NCBI GenBank assembly: GCA_032718475.1 | Contig: JAUCBJ010007997.1 | Location: forward strand, 1 to 64,000 | DNA: 64,000 nucleotides | Direction: 5' to 3' | DNA from: Nemertoderma westbladi | Lineage: Eukaryota > Animalia > Xenacoelomorpha | Part shown: in pieces, positions 25,601-32,924 of the stretch | Numbering within the stretch: position 1 is the first letter of the stretch | Layout of the letters: each line of letters begins with the position of its first letter | The notes under the pieces: model-generated | The model's database searches: none | The model's input: only the letters and a program-made list of their open reading frames with translations | Told to the model about the DNA's origin: nothing | Program-made: the position numbers and the translations under genes

Positions 25601-27872
25601 ATTACTAGTCACGGGGAAACAGATACTCAAGAGAGTATATAAGTTGAAGGATGAGTGGGACGTAGAGGTACCAGAAGACATTAAGAAACAGTGGAGCAAA
25701 TGGACAGGAGACTTGGAGAGGATGGGAACATACAACATGCCGCGAGTGTATTTCCCGGACGGGAACATGACGAATCTGGACCTACATATGTTCTCCGACG
25801 CGTCGTTAGAGGCATACGGAGCGGCACTCTATTTAGTACAACGAGAGGGGCCTCACAAGCCCAGACTAGCCTTTAGCAAAGCTAAGTCAACGCCGCCAGA
25901 TTCAGCATCTGTTCCCAAGTTAGAATTGACAGCCGCAAGACTAGGAGTTAGAGCCACAGCCTACCTAGTGGATACAATTCCCAACATAGTGGAGACACAC
26001 TACTGGACGGACTCCATGGTAGTGCTTGGTTGGTTACACAACGAAAAGACGAGGTACCCGATATTCGTCGCGAATAGAGTGGACGAAATAAGGGCGAGCA
26101 CAGAACTGGAAAGGTGGCACTACTGCCCAACAGACGAGAACCCAGCGGACTTGCTGTCGAGGGGCGTGGAACGCCACACTTTCTTAAAGAAAGAAGCATT
26201 GTGGCAACACGGGCCACAATTTCTGAGCGATAGGGAGGCCTGGCCGCCGATGAGGAAGGTGGACCCGGGCTCGGAAGTAGTATCAGAAGGAGAAGAGGGA
26301 GATTCAGAGGGAGAAGAGATATACTCCCAGATGGTGAGGGAGATCAGGGACGTGCAACCAGGAAGGGAACTGTGCGATAACCCGACGGATAAACTCCTCA
26401 GCTACAGTTCTAGTTGGTATAAGACCAAGAAACTAGTGGCGTACTGGAGAGCCTTTGGGAATTTCCTTGCGGGGGTCGGCAAGGACAAGAAGACCAGGAC
26501 AACCATAGATCTGGAAGGAGCGGCCAAGGCAGTGATCCGCTATGAACAACGCAAGAACTACGGCGACGAGGTGGAACGTGTCGGTAACCAACAACATCTC
26601 CGACGGGATAGCGAGTTGATAACGCTGTCGCCACAACTCAACGAGGATGGGATCCTAGTAATGAATTCTAGGGTGGGATATAACAACAGTATAGTCGTGC
26701 CACCGAAACCCATCATCATTCCCACAGGATCGCCTATAGTCCACCAGATCATATGGAACTCCCACAAATCGATACTGCATGGGGGCACCAACCGAACCCT
26801 CACGGAGATAAGAAGGACCTATTGGGTCAAACAATTAAGGAAGAAGGTGAAAGCGGTAGTGGGACAGTGTCAGACCTGCCGACGAGCGAAGAAGGAGCGA
26901 GCTGTACAGGAGATGGCGCCACTACCGGCGAGTAGGGTAAGACAGCACGACCCGCCATTTACGCATTGCGGTGTGGACATGTTCGGGCCGATAAAGATCA
27001 AGGTGATGCGACACACGGAGAAACGCTACGGTATTATCTTCGTATGCAACAATACGCGGGCGGTAGGGATAGAACTCGCCCAAGATGCAACCGCATCAGC
27101 CTTCATTAACGCCTTAGAAAGGTTTAGGGACCGCAAAGGTGGGACGATCGCAGTGATATACAGCGACAACGGCACCAACTTTGTGGGCGCAGAGAGTGAG
27201 ATGGCAGAGGCCTTAGACATCTTGGAGGGAGAAGAAGTCAGGGCGGCCATGAGAAGACGACAAGTGAAGTGGGAGAGAAGGACGCCGTATGCACCACATA
27301 CATTAGGATGCGTCGAGAGACTCGTGGGCAGTTCAAAACGTCTAATGACGAAGCTGATGAACACCCACATGGTCACTGAAGACGTCTTACGGACAGTACT
27401 TGCGAAGTGCGAGGGGATCATTAATAGCAGACCGCTATACCCGGAGAATGATGACCCTGAGTCATTAGACGTGTTGACGCCTAGCCATTTCCTGATGGAA
27501 AGGCCAGCGACCATAGACATGCGGGGTGTAGACCCAGATGATATACACTCCCGCCAAAGTTGGAAAGTAGCTAAAGCAATTAGCGCAGAGTATTGGAGGA
27601 GGTGGGTAGAAGAATACCTACCCACGCTCCATAAGCGAAGCAAGTGGAGGAAGCCAAACAGGGAGTTGAGAGAGGGAGACCTTGTAATCGTCACGGATGA
27701 TACTATCATCAACAACCAATGGCGGTTGGCGAGAGTTGTAGGCACCTACTCCGACGAGGACGGAAGAATCCGATCGGTAGAAGTGCGGATAGGTGGAAAG
27801 ATAGGTGCGAAAGACAGAAAAACCTACAGGAGAGCAGTAGGTAAATGCTGTCTTCTAGAAGGGGCACCTTAA
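22662..27872 (+). CDS. Bel/Pao Gag-Pol polyprotein (DUF1759-type capsid, Zn knuckles, aspartic protease, RT, RNase H/Peptidase_A17, integrase, DUF5641-type C-terminus)
   Basis: FDGSRPEEY; CSRCVKSGHKAREC; LVDSGA; YLPLH..KLRMVVDAS..DIEGMFNQV..FYVDD; FSDASLEAYGA, PKLEL, WTDSMVVL, NPADLLSRG; H..H..CQTC; GVDMFGP, SDNGTNF, ERLVG; WRRWVEEYL. Intact, 1736 aa. Confidence 0.96.
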   Translation: MTYPSQRRSRNRTDEPHQTRETIQHPSNPLEAQAMGMATLIDALKTRIELPPVEPFKFDGSRPEEYLQFRRMYSNEILTKNLTQAECLKYLQVYTGGPAYDIVRQYQGIEGGFTTAWRALDREYGHPAKIIRQTLRGITSGGLQDNPVSIKTFANKVEKALIVLKTLDAPYELNASNNITTIAQALPSWLRNKWRKVAFSTQDKKGAEPGLEEMSNFLNYEAELITDPVYSEDSLGKGPKTDHYRPKPEHNTSNALPRLRQSLPYAATQGTASPQTNEDKTTSRDGQGNNNNMNKHNPSTSSRSNPVNKNSRDFGTNITAIRNALYKEGYDPKSKCQLHANALHKTMNCRYWQALPRQDQIDYASSNKICSRCVKSGHKARECQEKPVKFGQRRGQTMATSTVGAKKRGTVLLGVVPVRVIGEGNRSVTTLMLVDSGAAFTLVEEWVAEEIGLRTRPSRMAVTTISSKDEILEMRTGRCAIAAVAPGCDYGATIDPIQVIESININARRPTNIEVEQYKFLDNIDFSIPNVDVRKVSIIVGMDCPTAHERMQTVFGEDKQSDPVAILTPFGWTLSGPIKSKIPFRMSETSGCMFAGTMQEMGDEGAEEQLKRLLRQDFEGLKETGVGTSVEDKQALQSVEESMTCDEGRYTIGMVWKLPKIPLPDNRGMVLTRLRKLKQTLQRSPEKNEYIHKTIKKYVEKGWAVELPVDEPNTDRTYYLPLHVALDPKKGKLRMVVDASAKTDGKCLNDYLLEGPNIYNSGIEVLLRFRNGKHAFTCDIEGMFNQVRVTEEDSDSQRFLWYNGEEEPPVIPAYKMVVQNMGAKSSSFTTTMAVRDTVKGKEDRYSSRAVDMIRRGFYVDDGMESGNTVEEILETGREVRDILKGSGFNLTKFQSSSEEFIREIEDKKPESTMDNPTTAKGQDMAIKRTESQQKALGIVWDRKTDELKYQLSQEGADTHTKRGYVSYIARIYDPLGLASPLLVTGKQILKRVYKLKDEWDVEVPEDIKKQWSKWTGDLERMGTYNMPRVYFPDGNMTNLDLHMFSDASLEAYGAALYLVQREGPHKPRLAFSKAKSTPPDSASVPKLELTAARLGVRATAYLVDTIPNIVETHYWTDSMVVLGWLHNEKTRYPIFVANRVDEIRASTELERWHYCPTDENPADLLSRGVERHTFLKKEALWQHGPQFLSDREAWPPMRKVDPGSEVVSEGEEGDSEGEEIYSQMVREIRDVQPGRELCDNPTDKLLSYSSSWYKTKKLVAYWRAFGNFLAGVGKDKKTRTTIDLEGAAKAVIRYEQRKNYGDEVERVGNQQHLRRDSELITLSPQLNEDGILVMNSRVGYNNSIVVPPKPIIIPTGSPIVHQIIWNSHKSILHGGTNRTLTEIRRTYWVKQLRKKVKAVVGQCQTCRRAKKERAVQEMAPLPASRVRQHDPPFTHCGVDMFGPIKIKVMRHTEKRYGIIFVCNNTRAVGIELAQDATASAFINALERFRDRKGGTIAVIYSDNGTNFVGAESEMAEALDILEGEEVRAAMRRRQVKWERRTPYAPHTLGCVERLVGSSKRLMTKLMNTHMVTEDVLRTVLAKCEGIINSRPLYPENDDPESLDVLTPSHFLMERPATIDMRGVDPDDIHSRQSWKVAKAISAEYWRRWVEEYLPTLHKRSKWRKPNRELREGDLVIVTDDTIINNQWRLARVVGTYSDEDGRIRSVEVRIGGKIGAKDRKTYRRAVGKCCLLEGAP

Positions 27873-27985
27873 ATTAGAGTTAGTGTGTAGTTTAGTCGTC
27901 CAAGTTTTGGACTGAGGGGGGTGGGATTGAGGGCGAGACGCCCTTCCCACACAAATAAAATAAAATAAAATAAAAATAAATAAAA

Positions 27986-28640
27986 GTTAGTTAGTCAGTA
28001 GGTACGTAGTACCTAGAGTTAGTTAGTCAGTAGGTACGTAGTACCTAGAGTTAGTTAGTCAGTAGGTACGTAGTACCTAGAGTTAGTTAGTCAGTAGGTA
28101 CGTAGTACCTAGAGTTAGTTAGTCAGTAGGTACGTAGTACCTAGAGTTAGTTAGTAGGTACGTAGTACCTAGAGTTAGAGTTAGTAGGTACGTAGTACCT
28201 AGTTAGAGTTAGAGGGTACGTAATGCCTAGTTAGAGTTAGAGTTAGAGGGTAGGTAGTACCGATAGAGTTAGAGTTAGTAGGTACGTAGTACCATTAGTT
28301 AGAGTTAGAGTTAGAGGGTACGTAGTACCGATAGTTAGAGAGTTAGAGGGTACGTAGTACCGATAGTTAGAGAGTTAGTAGGTACGTAGTACCTAGTTAG
28401 AGTTAGAGTTAGAGGGTACGTAATGCCTAGTTAGAGTTAGAGTTAGAGGGTAGGTAGTACCGATAGAGTTAGAGTTAGAGGGTACGTAGTACCATTAGTT
28501 AGAGTTAGAGTTAGAGGGTGCGTAATGCCTAGTTAGAGTTAGAGTTAGAGGGTAGGTAGTACCGATAGAGTTAGAGTTAGTAGGTACGTGGTACCTAGTC
28601 AGAGTTAGAGTTAGAGGGTACGTAGTACCATTAGTTAGAG
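27986..28640. repeat. Tandem hairpin repeat between pol and the extra ORF
   Basis: 32-bp GTTAGTTAGTCAGTAGGTACGTAGTACCTAGA units decaying into (GTTAGA)n-spaced GGTACGTAGTACC units. Confidence 0.9.
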
Positions 28641-29142
28641 AGAGAGAGTAAGAGGTAAAAGGGGTAAAATAAGATATAGATATTAGATAGCAGTAAGTAG
28701 AGTTAGTAGTGAGAGGGGGGCATATGAGTGCAGCTGGATAAATCGTGTGGCCACACGACGCATACTGCTGTACTGCATAGGCCCACTGAGTAGGCCAGAA
28801 TATGGATCAGAGAGAGAATAGAATAAATCCATAGGCAGTAGTAAGTAGTAGGACAGTAGAATCAAAGCAAAATAAATAAATAAATAGAATAGGGCTAAAA
28901 TCGGAAAATAGTGGTAACACAAGGAAAGTCGTTCTAGAACATAATAAAAGTAACGGACGGAAATTGTAAATTAGGCTGATTTACTAGCTCCGAAATTAAT
29001 TAGATTAAATTAAGCTTGAAAGGCGCAGTTAAGTAGAAAAGTAGGCCATTATCGAACTGTAGGAAACATCTTAATACATCACTCATCTGTATTGCGCCTT
29101 GGTAAGGCACCACCCTACAGGTGAGCGAGTGTAGTGTTCGGA

Positions 29143-31677
29143 ATGGCGAGTAAGCTGATCAGGAAGAGAAAGGCGGAGTCAGGAGGAAAAGAAATATTGG
29201 TGGATTTCACCGAAAGACACCCGGAGGAGAAGACGAGAGGATACTACGAGAGGTTGGAAAGGGGTCACGCGGCACGAGCGCTGCAGGATCACTTCCGGGA
29301 GGCGCACGAACAGCGGTTGGTCGGGACCTACGGGACGCCGTCGCTGGACAACGCGATCTTCCAACACTTCCACTACGTGGTGAAAGGAGACGAGGCGAAG
29401 TTCGGGATTCCGAAGTATCCGAGGGAATCGCCGAGGAAGGACTGGAAAAGATTCATAGAGTCCGTCAACAGAGGAGGATATATGATCCTAGATGACGAGG
29501 GAACCATGGAAGACGAAGCGGGTTCGAGACGAGGAACGGCAGGGTCGGCCAGGACCATACTCTTGCATTTGGCAGCGCCAAATGGGGACATCTTCTTATT
29601 CGACCTAGGGACGTATGGGAAGAAGGACGGGCCGAAATTAGACCGACTGCCGAAAGCGGTACAGGTCTTAGTAAGAGAGAAGTCGACGACGAAAGTGGGA
29701 TCGGCGATTCGCGAGGACGCGGAGAGGATCATCGGTCCGGACGCCACCAACCTCCTGGATATGCAGAAAGTCTTTATGGCTATGACGGCACCGGATGGAT
29801 TGGGGGTGGTCGAGAACTCAGGCCAATGCGGGGCGGTGGCGATGGGCCAATTATTGGGGCTCGTATGCCACAAACCAATGGATTGGGGGAAGTTTAGGGA
29901 AGAATACGGAGCAGAACTAGCGAACTCGCTGAAGTGGGGAGCGAGACCGGGAAAGCAGGAGGTATATCAGTTTCGCAGAGGAGCGATAAAGGTATATCAG
30001 AAGCGATATATCCTGCAGGAGGACTGGATGATGATAAGTTTACTTAACTTATTCATGACCATAGTTATCGAAAGAGAACCAGGGGCATTTCTGTTATCGG
30101 GATCACCCCTAAGCTACAGGAGAGCCTTTAAAGTGGCCTTTGACGGTCTGGTAGACCACCCGGGGCTGAAGGGCGAGTCGGTGTACTACAACAGCCGACA
30201 TCTGGTAGATGGGGAGACGGATACACCGTATCAGAGATGGGAGCAGCTAGAGATGGATAGACGGGAAGCAAAGCGACTGGAAGAAGTCGCTAGACGGGAG
30301 AGGATAGAAGCAGAGGAGAGGGAAGAGGAGGCCAGGACACAGAGTTATGGCTTCGAGGAACAGGCGGGCCTAGACGAACTTCATTGGACTTCGTCGGGGA
30401 GTTCGGGGAAGTCTCTAGGGCAAGAATTGGGATGGGCGGTGGGATCGCCGAAACAGTCGACGTCGGGGTTGCAAACGATGCCCATACCAGCGGGCGCCGA
30501 GGGCGACCAACCGCCAAGGAAGTTAAGGGAGCTAGAGGGATGGAGAGCTACGGGCGAGAGCCAAGGCGGGAAGGGATATAGTGGATCCATCGGGATACCG
30601 GGATTGGAGACACTGCCAGAAGAGGAGGACGACGACGACGAGTTCGGAGAGATGCCGCCCATCGAAAGGATAGGCCACTCGGACACGAACTGGGTTGGCG
30701 GAAGGGTGGTGACGGCCAGTGGGGCGAGGGCCTTCTGGAACAGATCCGGCAAGCGGACCTGGGTGCACGAGGGGCCGGCGATGGATTTCGCGGGGAGCAC
30801 CATCAGGTTGGGCGAGCAACCGGAGACGGCACCACGGATAGTATTCGGGGAGACGATGCCCGAGAGGGGCGGAGAGATAGACGTAAACAGGGAGAGCAAC
30901 GTAGAGAAGTTCGCCTACCAGCGACTCCATAGACCGCGGAGATCGCTTGGGACGAAGGACGAGGTGGGACGCGAGACATTGGTACTCGGCTGCGACTACT
31001 GTGGGAGACAGACCCATCGGGAAAGCAGCTGCCTATACTGGTTCCAACGGGGAACCTTTTGTCTCTATTGTAGAGAACCAAGTCACAGGATGGGGGCGTG
31101 TCCACGGTTGCATAACCGATGTCCAAAGTGCCACTTTCGGGGGCACTACGGACGCGAGTGCGACTGGATGAGCGACGAGGAGAAGTTCACGAGGTTCGAG
31201 GAGTGGGCCGACGTGGGGGCCATGACGCGCCAGCGCATGAAGGCCCAAGAGTTCAAGTGGGGTTTCTTCCTCATAAACCAGGAGACCCACATGGAAATCA
31301 TAAAGCGAAGGTTACCGTTTACCTATCAAGAGGTAGCTACGGCGGCATCGTTCGCCGGAGTTATGAACACGCAACGGTACCTGGACAGGTGGACACCAGA
31401 GAACCGGAGGGAGTTTAGGGATTTCTTGGCGGAACACGTACCAAAGGCAATGAAGATGATCCTATGGGACGCCACACGAGGGAAACAACCAGGCCATTCT
31501 GAGGGGCCACCGGCGAAGCGGTATCGGGCTTTAATAACACCAGCGCCCAAGGAGCCGACGACCGGGATCAGCAAGGAAGTGGCAGCGAAGGTCCGGAAGC
31601 AGAAGGCGGATGATGCCAGAGGAGCGGTGATAACCAAGAAACGGGCCAGGGAGGAGGACGCGAGGAGATACAGATAA
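29143..31677 (+). CDS. Retrotransposon accessory ORF: DEDDy (WRN/EXD/RNase D-like) 3'-5' exonuclease-like domain plus three CCHC zinc knuckles
   Basis: Intact 844 aa from ATG 29143. ExoI-like YMILDDEG; LLHLA..DIFLFDL; LPKAVQVLVREKSTTKVGSAIRED (ExoII-like); NLLDMQ; ExoIII-like QKRYILQED. Knuckles CDYCGRQTHRESSC, CLYCREPSHRMGAC, CPKCHFRGHYGREC. Domain call by eye. Confidence 0.72.
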   Translation: MASKLIRKRKAESGGKEILVDFTERHPEEKTRGYYERLERGHAARALQDHFREAHEQRLVGTYGTPSLDNAIFQHFHYVVKGDEAKFGIPKYPRESPRKDWKRFIESVNRGGYMILDDEGTMEDEAGSRRGTAGSARTILLHLAAPNGDIFLFDLGTYGKKDGPKLDRLPKAVQVLVREKSTTKVGSAIREDAERIIGPDATNLLDMQKVFMAMTAPDGLGVVENSGQCGAVAMGQLLGLVCHKPMDWGKFREEYGAELANSLKWGARPGKQEVYQFRRGAIKVYQKRYILQEDWMMISLLNLFMTIVIEREPGAFLLSGSPLSYRRAFKVAFDGLVDHPGLKGESVYYNSRHLVDGETDTPYQRWEQLEMDRREAKRLEEVARRERIEAEEREEEARTQSYGFEEQAGLDELHWTSSGSSGKSLGQELGWAVGSPKQSTSGLQTMPIPAGAEGDQPPRKLRELEGWRATGESQGGKGYSGSIGIPGLETLPEEEDDDDEFGEMPPIERIGHSDTNWVGGRVVTASGARAFWNRSGKRTWVHEGPAMDFAGSTIRLGEQPETAPRIVFGETMPERGGEIDVNRESNVEKFAYQRLHRPRRSLGTKDEVGRETLVLGCDYCGRQTHRESSCLYWFQRGTFCLYCREPSHRMGACPRLHNRCPKCHFRGHYGRECDWMSDEEKFTRFEEWADVGAMTRQRMKAQEFKWGFFLINQETHMEIIKRRLPFTYQEVATAASFAGVMNTQRYLDRWTPENRREFRDFLAEHVPKAMKMILWDATRGKQPGHSEGPPAKRYRALITPAPKEPTTGISKEVAAKVRKQKADDARGAVITKKRAREEDARRYR

Positions 31678-32348
31678 GTTCCCGGAGGCGAGGGAATGAG
31701 ACTGAGACTGGGAAGTGGTGCGCCTGGAAGGCGCCGCATGTAACGTACGAACTATTAAGTATAAATTTAATTAATGCAAATAACTATATAAGTGCAATTC
31801 GTATGTACGTACGTAGTGATTAGCAGTAAAATACATACGTTTGGAGTAAGTACTATAGTCATGCAACCTTTCTCAATTAGCTACTGGGACTGGGGGACAA
31901 TTGACTATGGCACTATGGACGAGACAACTGACAATTTCACACTTCTTGAGTGCGGCGGCACGAGAGGGGGGGGAGGTTCGTCAGGAGAGATGGAGCAGTC
32001 AAAGTGGACTTGAGAATCGGAATAAGAGTGTGAAGTGCGGAGAGAGTGCGAACGCAATTCTAGTGTGGGGGGGGGGGGAATGAGAGGCTGAGTAAGGGAC
32101 GAGGAGGTCCGGGGGTATGAGAGAGTTAGGGTGAGAGTGAAGGTGAGATAGGGCGAAAGTGTTGGGGAAACAAAAATCGCGTGAAGAGGTGAGCGCGATC
32201 GGCCCGACATGAGACGCCAGGCGTAAAGGGTAGCGTTATCATACCCAGAGGGAGCGGCCCGGAAAGCCGACTCCGAGAGAAAAGATTTCCACCCCACACC
32301 CGATACTAGATCGGGATCCAGCGGGATTGTAGCGCACTTTTTTGGTTG

Positions 32349-32386
32349 ATGCTATCTTCTTACCGGGAAGATAGCATGGGGGGGAG
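32349..32386 (+). other. Polypurine tract preceded by an 11-bp stem-loop
   Basis: ATGCTATCTTC-TTACCGG-GAAGATAGCAT then GGGGGGGAG directly abutting the TG of the 3' LTR. Confidence 0.85.
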
Positions 32387-32924
32387 TGTTAGCTTATTCA
32401 ATCCCGCCAACACCCCATAAAGTTATTAGCCGATAAGCAATATTGGGAGCCACGAGATTGGGTAATTAACCAACTCGCGCCATCCCAATAAGAATGGGAA
32501 GGAAGCACACAATAGAGGGTCAGGGGCCAAACCCCTAACCAAAGGAGAACAGGTGGAGTGAACGGGAATACTCCACGGGGCGCCAACAAGGGTATTAACC
32601 AATCAGAGGGGGGAATGGCATCGATTGAGTAGCAGTAAGGCCACCGTGCAATATAACCCAATAACCTATTAATCAGTGATTCAGTTATCTCAGTGTAGCA
32701 GTGCTAGCGTAGGGTACAGCCAATTAGTTTAGTTAGGGGATCACGGGACTTTAGTTACCGTATCCCGCCTTGTACACATTCACAACATATCTATATCTTA
32801 TAACCTCCTATTATACACCGAACTTCAGAACTCAATTATCTTTACTTCACCCTTACACACGGCGGGGACGCGTGGACTAAATACCACACCGGATAAATCG
32901 GGATCCCTCCTGGATCCCGTCACA
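32387..32924 (+). repeat. 3' LTR (538 bp)
   Basis: Direct repeat of 18713..19250, followed by TSD ATTAG. Confidence 0.96.

Larger units (their letters stand above)
18713..32924 (+). mobile_element. Full-length Bel/Pao (Belpaoviridae) LTR retrotransposon, 14.2 kb, with an extra ORF
   Basis: Two 538-bp TG...CA LTRs; 5-bp TSD ATTAG (18708-18712, 32925-32929); PPT before the 3' LTR; Gag-PR-RT-RH-IN order with Bel/Pao signature motifs. Confidence 0.96.

Noticed and set aside
29143-31677. Envelope gene
   Set aside because: No signal peptide, transmembrane segment or glycoprotein features; has exonuclease-like and CCHC motifs instead.
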